DNA of 64,000 nucleotides, taken from an uncultured Gemmatimonadales bacterium (lineage in GTDB: Bacteria; Gemmatimonadota; Gemmatimonadetes; Longimicrobiales; Longimicrobiaceae). The notes beneath the pieces were generated by a model. It did no database searches, was not told the origin of the DNA, and saw nothing but the letters and a program-made list of their open reading frames with translations. A program made the position numbers and the translations under genes. This document shows positions 1 through 12,000 of this stretch, in pieces (the first letter of the stretch is position 1; every line of letters begins with the position of its first letter). The stretch covers positions 1-64,000 of the forward strand of contig OY970303.1 of assembly GCA_963716255.1 (NCBI GenBank). The letters are read 5' to 3'.

Positions 1-3000
1 GTGTTGATGAAGAGGCCCACCATCTCCTCCACCCCCGGCAGCTCCGCCGGGCGCCCGGAAACGGTGGTGCCGAAGAGCACGTCCTCCTCGCCCGAGTAGC
101 GCGACAGCAGCAGGGCCCACGTGCCCTGCAGCAGCGTGCTCGCCGTCACCCCCCAGCTCCGTACCCGCTCCTGCAAGGCGCTCGTCCGCTCCGGCGTGAG
201 GTGGAGCCGCGCCTCCCCGAGCCCCTGCGCCTCCGCGCGGGCGCTCCGCACATGCAGGGGGAGGGGAGTGGGGGTAGTGAAGCCCGCCAGCACCTCGCGC
301 CAGAACGCCTCGGCGCGCGTCAGCTCCTGCCGCTCCAGCCACGCCACGTACTCCCGGTAGCGCCGCGCCGGCCCCAGGCGCGCGGCCTCGCCCCGCCAGT
401 GCGCCTGGTACAGCGACAGCACTTCGCGCAGCAGCAGCGAGACACTCCAGCCGTCCAGGACCAGGTGGTGGTGCGTCCACACCAGGTGGTGCTCCCCCTC
501 TCCCGTGCGGAAGAGCGCCAGCCGCATCAGCGGCGCAGCGGCCAGGTCGAAGCCGCGCGCCCGGTCCTCCACGAGGTACGCCGCCAGCCGCTCCCGCTGC
601 GCCTCCTCCCCCAGCCCCCGCAAGTCCTCGCGCCGAAGCGGCACCTCCACCTCGCGCCGGATCACCTGCACCGGACGCCGCAGACCCTCCCACGCGAAGC
701 CCGCTCGCAGCGCCTCGTGCCGCCCCACCCCCTCCCGCCACGCCCGCTCCAGCGACCCCGCGTCCAGCTCCCCCTCCAGAACGTACCCGTACTGCCCCAG
801 GTACACCCCCGCCTCCGGCGCGTACAGCGCGTGGAAGAGCATCCCCTCCTGCATCGGCGTCAGCGGGTACACGTCCTCCACACCCCGCCCGCTCCCCACG
901 AGCGCGTCCACCTCGGCCTGCGACAGCCCCGCCAGCGCGAAGTCCGACGGCGTGCACCCCCCCGCTCCCGCCGTCGTGCAGTGCGCGATCAGCTCCCGCA
1001 GCGCTTCGGCGTACCCCCCCGCCACGCGCTCGATCGTGGCCCGCCGGTGCACCCCCGCCCCGTAGCCGAACGTCATCTCCAGACGCCCCCCCTGCACCGC
1101 CCCGTTCAGCTCCAGCCGGTGCGCCCGCGACCCCCGAGGGTCCGCAGACGCTCCCGCCGACTCTCCCGCGAACCCAAAGTACGCCCCCTCCGAGACCGTC
1201 CCGTCCAGCTGCCCCAGGTAGTTGAACGCCACCTCCGCAGCCGGCCCCCCCGACAGCTCCGCTCGCACTTCGGGCGCCCCCTGGTAGCGCAGCAGACCGT
1301 ACCCCAGGCCGCGCCGCGGCACCGCCCGAAGCTGCTCCTTGACCGCCTTCAGCGCGGCCCCGGGCCCGGCGCCCTCCGGCACCTCCAGCACCACCGGGTA
1401 CAGGCTCGTGAACCACCCCACCGTGCGAGACACGTCCGCGCCCCCGCCCACTTCCTCCTCCCGCCCGTGCCCCTCCAGGTTCACCCGCACCCGCGCCGAG
1501 CCCGTCCACCGACCCAGCGCACGCGCCAGCCCCGTCAGAAGCACGTCGTCGATCTGCGTGCGGTACGCCTGCGGAACCTCCCGAAGCAGCGCCTGCGTCT
1601 CCCCCTCGCTCAGCCGCACCGACACGCTCCCCGCGCTTCCCACCGTGTCCGCCCCCGCCGCGTCGTCCACCGGCAGCGGCCCCACCTCGCGACGCGACTG
1701 CTCGACCCAGTAGCCCGCCTCCTCCGCAACCGCCGGCGACGCAGCCCGCTGGGCGAGCGCCTCGGCCCACCTCTTCCACGACGTCGTCTTTGCCGGCAGG
1801 CGCACCCCCTCCCCACGCGACAGCTGACGGTACGCCGTCTCCAGGTCTTCCAGCAGGATGCGCCAGCTCACCCCGTCGACGACCAGGTGGTGGATCACCA
1901 CCAGCAGCCGCTGCTCCCTGCCTCCCAGCGTGAAGAGCACCACCCGCAGCAGCGGCCCCCCCTCCAGATCCAGGCTCCGCTGCGCACGCTCCGCCGCCGC
2001 CTCCAGCGCGCTCCTGCGAACATCCTCCGCCAGCGCCGAGAGTTCCACCACCTCGACGGACGCGTGCGCTCCTACCTCGTCGTGCCACTGCCGCCACGTG
2101 CTCGCCTCGTCCCGGCGGAAGCGCAGCCGCAGCGCGTCGTGGTGCGCCTCCAGCGCGGACACCGCCCCCTCCAGCAGCTCCGCCCGAAACCGCTCGCGAG
2201 GCACCAGCAGCAGCGCCTGGTTGTAGTGCTGCGCCCCAGGCAGCGCCCGCTCGAAGAACCACGACTGGATCGGCGTCAGCGGCGCCTCGCCGCTCACCGC
2301 GCCCTGCGGCGCACCGCCGCCCCCGGACTCCGCCTCCTCCACGACGCGCGCCAGGCGCGCCACCGTGGGGTGTTCGAAGAGCTGCCGCGGCGACAGCTTC
2401 AGCCCCCGCTGACGAGCGCGGGCGACCACCTGGATGGAGAGGATGCTGTCGCCCCCCAGCTCGAAAAAGCTTTCCTCCACCCCCACCCGCTCCAGACGCA
2501 GCACCTCCGCCCACACCGCGCTCAGCGCCTCCTCGGCGGGCGTGCGCGGCGACACGTACTCTGACGATCCGCTCCACTCCGGGGCCGGGAGCCCCCGGCG
2601 GTCCAGCTTGCCGTTGGGCGTCAGCGGCAGCCGGTCCAGCGTCACGAACGCCGTCGGCACCATGTACTCCGGCAGCTGCGCCTGGAGTCTCGCGCGCAGC
2701 TCGCCCAGGCCGGCCTCGGCCCCCGTCTCCGGCACCACGTAGGCGACCAGGCGCTTCCGTCCCGGCTCGTCCTCCCGCGCCACCACCGCGGCGTCCCGTA
2801 CGCCCGGGTGCGCCCGCAGCACCGTCTCGATCTCGCCCAGCTCGATCCGGAAGCCCCGCACCTTCACCTGGTCGTCGATGCGCCCCAGGTACTCCAGCTC
2901 TCCCGCCGCACTCCACCGCACCCGGTCTCCCGAGCGGTACAGCCGTGCTCCCGGCTCCGCTGGATACGGGTCCGGGACGAAGCGGGCAGCGGTAAGCTCC

Positions 3001-6000
3001 GGCCGTCCCAGGTAGCCCCGCGCCACCCCCGCGCCGCCCACGTACAGCTCGCCCGGCACTCCCGCCGGCGCCACGTTCCCCCACGCGTCCAGAACCCGCA
3101 CGCACAGGTCCGGGATCGCCTCCCCCACCGGGCTCCGCTCCCCCGCCTCCACGTCGCTCCAGCGGATGTGGCGGTAGGTCACGTGGACGGTGGTCTCCGT
3201 GATGCCGTACATGTTCACCAGCCGCGGCCGCTCCTCGCCGTGCCGCTCCATCCATCCGCGCAGCGTGCGTGGATCCAGCCCCTCGCCCCCGAAGACCACG
3301 TGACGCAACGCCAGCTCCGGCGAGACCCCGCGCGCCTCCTCCGCGGCGGACAGCTGCTGGAAGGCGGAGGGGGTCTGGCTCAGCACGGTCACCCGCTCGC
3401 GCGCGAGCAGCGCGTAGAACTCCTCGGGCGAGCGGCTGGTTTCGAAGGGGACTACGACCAGGCGCCCGCCGTACAGGAGCGCGCCCCAGATCTCCCAGAC
3501 GGAGAAGTCGAAGGCGTACGAGTGGAACAGCGTCCACACGTCGTCCGCCCCGAAACCGAACCAGGAGTGGGTGGCCTGGAAGAGGCGCACGACGCTGGCG
3601 TGCGTGACTACGACACCCTTGGGGCGGCCGGTGGAGCCCGAGGTGTAGATGACGTAAGCCGCGTTCTCCGGGCGCACCTCCCCCTGCGGCGGGTCTTCAC
3701 CCCCGGACGCGTCGCCCAGCGCCTCCTCCAGGGAAAGCACCGCCGCCGCCGTGGGCGGGAGGGCGGCGCGCAGCTCCTCCTGCACCAGGACGGCGGCGCA
3801 CCCGGAGTCCTCTAGCAGGTACGCGATGCGGTCCACCGGATAGGTGGGGTCCACGGGCACGTAGGCGCCCCCGGCACGGAGGATCCCCAGGATCCCGACG
3901 GCCAGGTCGGCGGAGCGCTCGGCGCACAGTGCGACGCGGGTCTCGGGGCGGACACCCCGGTGCCGGAGATGGCGCGCCACGCGGCCGGCCCCGCGGTCCA
4001 GCTCCGCGTACGTCAGCGATTCCTCGCGGAAGACCACGGCCACGGCGCCGGGGGTCCGCGCCGCCTGCCCGGCAAAAAGCTCGTGGACGCAGGCCGGCGG
4101 ATACGCGACCGTCGTGGCACTCCATGCCTCCAGCAGCTGCGCCCGCTCGGCGTCCCGCAGCAGCGACACCTGCGCGAGATGCCGCTCCTCGCCCACCACG
4201 ATCATCTCCATCACCCGCTCCAGGTGGCCCATCAGCCGCCCGGAGGCGCCGCCCTCGACGCGCGCACGGTCGTAGCGCAGCTGCAGCTCCAGCCGCTCTC
4301 CCCGCGACACTGTCAGCACCAGCGGGAAGTTGGTCTGCTCCATGCTCAGTCCGGCCCGGACACGCAGCCCGTCCACCCCGTCCGCGACCACCACCTCCAG
4401 CGTGTGGTTGTCCAGCACCACCAGGCTCTCGAAGAGCGCTTCCCCGGTGGGGACCTCGCTCCATTTCTGCACCTGCACCAGCGGCGCGTGCTCGAACTCC
4501 CGCGCTCGCGCCTGCCGCCCTTGCAGCTCCTCCAGCCACTCCCGCAGCGTCGCATCGCCCGCCGCACGCACCCGCACCGGGAGCGTGTTGATGAAGAGCC
4601 CCACCGTCTCTTCCACCCCCGGCAGCTCCGCCGGGCGCCCGGAAACGGTGGTGCCGAAGAGCACGTCCTCCTCGCCCGAGTAGCGCGACAGCAGCAGCGC
4701 CCATGCGCTCTGCACCAGCGTGCCCACCGTCACCCCCCAGCTCCGGCAGCGCTCCTGCAGCGCGCTCGTCCCCTCCGCTGTGAGGCGCAGCCGGGCCTCG
4801 CCCAGCCCCGGCTCGGCGCCGGCCGCGGCGCGCCTCAGCGGGAGCGGGGTGGGCGCGGTGAAGCCCGCCAGCACCTCGCGCCAGAACGCCTCGGCGCGCG
4901 TCAGCTCCTGCCGCTCCAGCCACGCCACGTACTCCCGGTACCGCCTCGTCGGCCCCAGGCGCGCGGACTCGCCCCTCGCGTGCGCGTTGTAGAGCGCGAG
5001 GACGTCGCGGAAGAGAACCGCCAGGCTCCAGCCGTCCAGGATCAGGTGATGGTGCGTCCACACCAGGTGGTGCTCCCCCTCTCCCGTGCGGAAGAGCGCC
5101 AGCCGCATCAGCGGCGCAGCGGCCAGGTCGAAGCCGCGCGCCCGGTCCTCCACGAGGTACGCCGCCAGCCGCTCCCGCTGCGCCTCCTCCCCCAGCCCCC
5201 GCAAGTCCTCGCGCCGAAGCGGCACCTCCACCTCGCGCCGGATCACCTGCACCGGACGCCGCAGACCCTCCCACGCGAAGCCCGCTCGCAGCGCCTCGTG
5301 CCGCCCCACCCCCTCCCGCCACGCCCGCTCCAGCGACCCCACGTCCAGCTCCCCCTCCAGAACGTACCCGTACTGCCCCAGGTACACCCCCGCCTCCGGC
5401 GCGTACAGCGCGTGGAAGAGCATCCCCTCCTGCATCGGCGTCAGCGGGTACACGTCCTCCACACCCCGCCCGCTCCCCACGAGCGCGTCCACCTCGGCCT
5501 GCGACAGCCCCGCCAGCGCGAAGTCCGACGGCGTGCACCCCCCCGCTCCCGCCGTCGTGCAGTGCGCGATCAGCTCCCGCAGCGCTTCGGCGTACCCCCC
5601 CGCCACGCGCTCGATCGTGGCCCGCCGGTGCACCCCCGCCCCGTAGCCGAACGTCATCTCCAGACGCCCCCCCTGCACCGCCCCGTTCAGCTCCAGCCGG
5701 TGCGCCCGCGACCCCCGAGGGTCCGCAGACGCTCCCGCCGACTCTCCCGCGAACCCAAAGTACGCCCCCTCCGAGACCGTCCCGTCCAGCTGCCCCAGGT
5801 AGTTGAACGCCACCTCCGCAGCCGGCCCCCCCGACAGCTCCGCTCGCACTTCGGGCGCCCCCTGGTAGCGCAGCAGACCGTACCCCAGGCCGCGCCGCGG
5901 CACCGCCCGAAGCTGCTCCTTGACCGCCTTCAGCGCGGCCCCGGGCCCGGCGCCCTCCGGCACCTCCAGCACCACCGGGTACAGGCTCGTGAACCACCCC

Positions 6001-9000
6001 ACCGTGCGAGACACGTCCGCGCCCCCGCCCACTTCCTCCTCCCGCCCGTGCCCCTCCAGGTTCACCCGCACCCGCGCCGAGCCCGTCCACCGACCCAGCG
6101 CACGCGCCAGCCCCGTCAGAAGCACGTCGTCGATCTGCGTGCGGTACGCCTGCGGAACCTCCCGAAGCAGCGCCTGCGTCTCCCCCTCGCTCAGCCGCAC
6201 CGACACGCTCCCCGCGCTTCCCACCGTGTCCGCCCCCGCCGCGTCGTCCACCGGCAGCGGCCCCACCTCGCGACGCGACTGCTCGACCCAGTAGCCCGCC
6301 TCCTCCGCAACCGCCGGCGACGCAGCCCGCTGGGCGAGCGCCTCGGCCCACCTCTTCCACGACGTCGTCTTCGCCGGCAGGCGCACCCCCTCCCCACGCG
6401 ACAGCTGACGGTACGCCGTCTCCAGGTCCTCCAGCAGGATGCGCCAGCTCACCCCGTCGACGACCAGGTGGTGGATCACCACCAGCAGCCGCTGCTCCCT
6501 GCCTCCCAGCGTGAAGAGCACCACCCGCAGCAGCGGCCCCCCCTCCAGATCCAGGCTCCGCTGCGCACGCTCCGCCGCCGCCGCCAGCGCCGCCCCCGGC
6601 GCCGCCCCGGGAAGAGCCGACAACTCCACCACCTCCACCGGGGCGCGCTCTGCCGCGGGGGCGTGCTCCTGCACCCACCGCCCCGCGGCGCCCCGCCGGA
6701 AGCGCAGCCGCAGCGCGTCGTGGTGCGCCTCCAGCGCGGACACCGCCCCCTCCAGCAGCTCCGCCCGAAACCGCTCGCGAGGCACCAGCAGCAGCGCCTG
6801 GTTGTAGTGCTGCGCCCCAGGCAGCGCCCGCTCGAAGAACCACGACTGGATCGGCGTCAGCGGCGCCTCGCCGCTCACCGCGCCCTGCGGCGCACCGCCG
6901 CCCCCGGACTCCGCCTCCTCCACGACGCGCGCCAGGCGCGCCACCGTGGGGTGTTCGAAGAGCTGCCGCGGCGACAGCTTCAGCCCCCGCTGACGAGCGC
7001 GGGCGACCACCTGGATGGAGAGGATGCTGTCGCCCCCCAGCTCGAAAAAGCTTTCCTCCACCCCCACCCGCTCCAGACGCAGCACCTCCGCCCACACCTC
7101 GCTCAGCGCCTCCTCGGCGGGCGTGCGCGGAGATACGTACTCTGACGATCCGCTCCACTCCGGGGCCGGGAGCCCCCGGCGGTCCAGCTTGCCGTTGGGT
7201 GTCAGCGGCAGCCGGTCCAGCGTCACGAACGCCGTCGGCACCATGTACTCCGGCAGCTGCGCCTGGAGTCTCGCGCGCAGCTCGCCCAGGCCGGCCTCGG
7301 CCCCCGTCTCCGGCACCACGTAGGCGACCAGGCGCTTCCGTCCCGGCTCGTCCTCCCGCGCCACCACCGCGGCGTCCCGTACGCCCGGGTGCGCCCGCAG
7401 CACCGTCTCGATCTCGCCCAGCTCGATCCGGAAGCCCCGTACCTTCACCTGGTCGTCGATGCGCCCCAGGTACTCCAGCATCCCGGCGGCGGTCCAGCGC
7501 GTGCGGTCCATCGTCCTGTACATCCGCCCCGTCGGCGCGCCGTACGGGTCCGGGAGGAAGCGCTCCGCCGTCAGCTCCGGCAGGCCGTGGTAGCCGCGCG
7601 CCAGCCCGGCTCCCGCCAGGTAGAGCTCGCCCACCACGCCCACCGGGACCGGCCGCAGCTCCGCGTCCAGCACGTACGCCCGCGAGTCCGCCTTGGCGCG
7701 CCCGATCAGCATGCGCGCGGCGCCCCGCTCCACGCACCAGTAGGTGGAGTAGGTAGTGTCCTCGGTGGGGCCGTACACGTTGCCGACGCGGTCCACGTGG
7801 CCGAGCCCGTACAGCCCCTGCGCCAGCTCGTTCGGGAGCGCCTCGCCCGCCAGGTTCACGGTCCGCACGCTCGCCGGGATCCCGCCGGAACGCAGCAGCT
7901 CCGCCGCGGCGGTGGGCACCATGCTGGCGTAGACGACGGGCTCCCCGGCCGACGCCAGCTCAAGGGCGTTCTCCACCAGCACCAGCTTCCCGCCCCAGCA
8001 CAGCGCGCCGAAGATCTCGGCCACCGAGACGTCGAAGGAGATGGAGGTCGACCCGAGAAGCGCGCTCCGCTCCTCGTCCGAGATGATCTCCCGGAGCCAG
8101 TGCAGCAGGACCACCACGGACGAGTGGCGGACCATCACCCCGCGGGGCCGCCCCGTGGAGCCGGAGGTGTAGATGACGTGCGACAGGTTCTCCGGGAGCA
8201 CGCCGCTCTCCGGGGCCGCATCGCTCCGCGCGGCGATGGCTTCGCGGTCGGCGTCCACCCGGACGGTCCGCACCCCCTCGACGGACACTCGCCCGGACAG
8301 CCGCTCCTGCACCAGCACCACGGGGGCACCGGCGTCGGAGACCATGTAGGCCAGCCGCTCGGCGGGGTAGGCGGGGTCCAGCGGGAGGTAGGCGCCGCCG
8401 GCCTTGAGGATGCCGAGCATCCCCACCACCATCTCGATCCCGCGCTCCAGGCAGATCCCCACCGGCACCTCCGGCCCCACTCCCAGCCGCCGCAGGTGGT
8501 CGGCGAGGCGGTTGGCCCGCCGGTCCAGCTCCCCGTAGGTGAGCGCCTCGCCGCCGAAGGCGACCGCCGGCGCGTCCGGAGCGCGCGCAGCCTGGACGGC
8601 GAACAAATCGTGGACACACCCGCGCGGGTGCCCGGCGGCCGTGTCATTCCACGCCTCCAGCACCTGCGCGCGCTCCGCATCGTGGAGCAGCGACACCTCG
8701 GCGAGGCGGCGCTGGGGGTGCGCGGCCAGCACCCCCAGCACGGCCTGCAGGTGCCCCAGCATCCGCTCGCCAGTGCCGGGCTCGAAGCGGGAGGGGTCCC
8801 AGGCGGCCTGCACCCGGAGCCCCCGCCCCGGGACGACGATCACGGTGAGCGGGTAGTTGGACTGCTCGCGGGTACCCCGGCTCTCGATGCGGAGCGGCCG
8901 CTCCGTCCGGAGCAGCTCCTCGAACGGGTAGTTCTCGTAGGCGAAGAGGCTCTCGAAGAGCGGCGTGCCGGCGGGGACCTCGCTCCAGCGCTGCACCTGC

Positions 9001-12000
9001 GCCAGGGGGGCGTGCTCGTGGTCGCGCGCCTCCGCCTGCCGCTCCTGCAGCGACCGCAGCCAGGGGAGAACCGGCGTCTCCGGGGCCACCCGCGCCCGCA
9101 CGGGGAGGGTGTTGATGAAGAGCCCCACCATCTCCTCCACCCCCGCCAGCTCCGCCGGCCGCCCCGACACAGCGCCCCCGAAGACGACGTCCTCCTCCCC
9201 GGCGTAGCGGGAGAGCAGGAGCGCCCACGCGCCCTGCAGCAGGGTGTTGACGGTCAACTCGCCGCGGCGCGCCGCGGCGTTGAGGGCGTCCACGAGCTCC
9301 GCCGGGAGCGTGGTCTCCACCCGCTCGTAGCCGGCCCCGCCCGGCAGCCGCGTGCCGCTGGCCTCTCCCACCGGCGTCGGCGCCGCGAAGCCGGCGAGCG
9401 CGTCCCGCCAGAACCGCTCGGTCCGGGTGGGGTCCTGCCGCCGGAGCCACGCCACGTAGTCGCGGTACCGCGGGGCGGCTCCCCCCGCCGGGTCTCCTCC
9501 CGCGACGAAGGCGTCGTACCCTTCCAGCACCTCCCGGAAGACCACGGGGAGGCTCCACCCGTCCAGGAGGACCTGGTGGAAGGTCCACACCAGCTCACAC
9601 GCCGCTTCGTCCGTGCGGAAGAGCGCCAGCCGCATCAGCGGCGGGGCGGCGAGGTCGAAGCCGCGCGCCCGGTCTTCCGCGAGGTACGCCTCCAGCCGCG
9701 CCTCCCGCTCCTCCCGGGCGAGGCCCCGCCAGTCCAGGCGCAGGACCGGGAGCTCAACCGCGCGTCGCACTACCTGCAGCGGCCGGGGCAGCCCTTCGTG
9801 CGCCAGGCCGGTGCGGAGCGACGCGTGCCGCTCCAGGAGGCGCCGCCACGCCCGCTCGAAGGCGCCTTCGTCCAGCACCCCCGCCAGCCCGAAGCGGTAC
9901 TGCGCTACGTACACCCCGCTCCCCGGGGCGTACAGCGTCTCGAAGTGGATCCCCTCCTGGGTGGGGGTGAGCGGGTACGCGTCCTCCACGTCCCCCCAAC
10001 TCGCCACCAGCGCGTCCACCCCGGCCCGGTCCAGCCCGGCGAGGGGGAAGTCCGAGGGGGTGCAGCCTCCCGCCTCCCCGGAGCGGCAGTGGTCCAGCAG
10101 CCCGCGCAGCTCCGCGACGTACCGCCCGGCCAGCGCCTCCACGGTCTCGCGCCGGTGAACCCCCTCGCCGTACGTCCAGTCGACCCGCAGCTTCCCGCCC
10201 TCCACGATGGCGACGACCTCCAGGAGGTGGGCGCGCGGGGCGAGCGGGCTCACTCCCGGGCCAGCCGTCTCGGCGGACAGGCCGAAGAGCGACGCGCCGG
10301 ACACCGACGAGTCCACCTGCCCCAGGTAGTTGAACGAGACCTGCGCCTCGGGTAGCGCCGCCAGACGCTCCCGGGCTCCCGCGTCGGGGGCCAGGTAGCG
10401 CAGCGCGCCGTACCCGATCCCCCGCCTCGGGACGCCACGGAGCTGCTCCTTGACGCGCTTCAGCGACTCGCCCACCCCCTCCGCCCCGTCCACGTCGAGG
10501 CGGACCGGGTACACCGTCGTGAGCCAGCCCACGGTGCGGGACAGCTCCACCTCCTCGAACAGCTCCTCGCGCCCGTGCCCTTCCAGGTCCACGAGGAGGC
10601 ACGAATCCCCTGTCCACCCCTGGAACGCCCGCGCCAGCGCGGTGAGGAGCGCGTCGTCCACCCGGGTGCGGTAGGCCGCCGGCACTTCCTGGAGCAGCGC
10701 CCGGGTGTCGTCCGGCTCCAGCGCCACCGACACCGTGCGCGCCGCGGACGTCGGGTTGGGGCCGGGGGCGTCCACCGGGAGGGGGCGCAGCGTCCGCTGC
10801 GCCCCCTCCGTCCAGTATTCCAGCTCGGCGTCGAAGCCGCCGCGGGCCGCGTGCTCCGCCAGGCGCGCAGCCCATTCGCGGAACGAGGTCGTCTTCGCCG
10901 GGAGCGCGGGGCGCTCGCCGCGCTCCAGCTGCTCGCAGGCCGCCTGCAGGTCCTCCACGACGATCCGCCAGGAGACGCCGTCCACCACCAGGTGGTGCGC
11001 CGCGAGGAGGAGCCGGGCGCGGTTCCCGCTCCCCGGCTGGAAGAGGAGGGCGCGGAAGAGGGGGCCGCGCTCCAGGTCGAGCGAGGCCTGCGCGACGGCG
11101 CAGCGGCGTTCCACCTGGGCGGCCAGCTCCGCAGCCGGGACCCCGGAGAGGTCCACCCTTTCCACGGGCACGGCCGCCTCCGCGGGCGCGGCGTACCGCT
11201 GCGTCCACCCGCCGCTCGCCTGCCGCGCGTAGCGGAAGCGGAGGGCGTCGTGGTGCCGCACCACCACGCCCAGCGCCCCCTCCAGTAGCGCCGGGTCCAC
11301 CGGCCGGCGGAGCTCCAGCAGGAGCGGCATGTTCCAGTGGGCACGCCCGGGGATCTCCTGCTCGAAGAACCAGCGCTGCACGGGGAGAAGCTGCGCCGGA
11401 CCGGTCAGCGCCTCCTGGGTGGCCAGGACCGGCGCCGCCGACCCCGCCACCGCCGCGAGCCGGGCGGGAGTGGGGTGGAGGAAGACCTGCCGCGGGCGGA
11501 GATCCAGCCCCGCGCGCCGCGCCCGGGAGACCACCTGTATGGCAAGGATAGAGTCGCCGCCCAGCTCGAAGAAGTTGTCGTGCACCCCCACGCGCTCCAC
11601 GCGCAGCACCTCGGCCCAGACGCGCGCCAGCGTCTCCTCCGCCGCGTTGCGGGGAGCCTGGTACGCTTCCCCGCCGCCGAGCCTCCCCTCCTCCGGGACG
11701 GGGAGGGCGCGGCGGTCCAGCTTGCCGTTCGGGGTGAGCGGGAGGGCGTCCACCGCCACGAACACCGCCGGGACCATGTGCTCCGGCAGGCGCTCCACCA
11801 GGTGGGCGCGCAGGGCGTGCAGCGAGACCCCGTCCGCGCGGGCGGCCGGCCCCCCCGCCGCCTCCGGGACCACGTACGCCACCAGCCGCCGCTCCCCGGG
11901 CACGTCCTCGCGCACCATCACCGCTGCCTGCCGGACTGCCGGGTGCTCGGCGAGCGCCGCCTCGATCTCGGCGGGCTCCAAGCGGAAGCCGCGCACCTTG

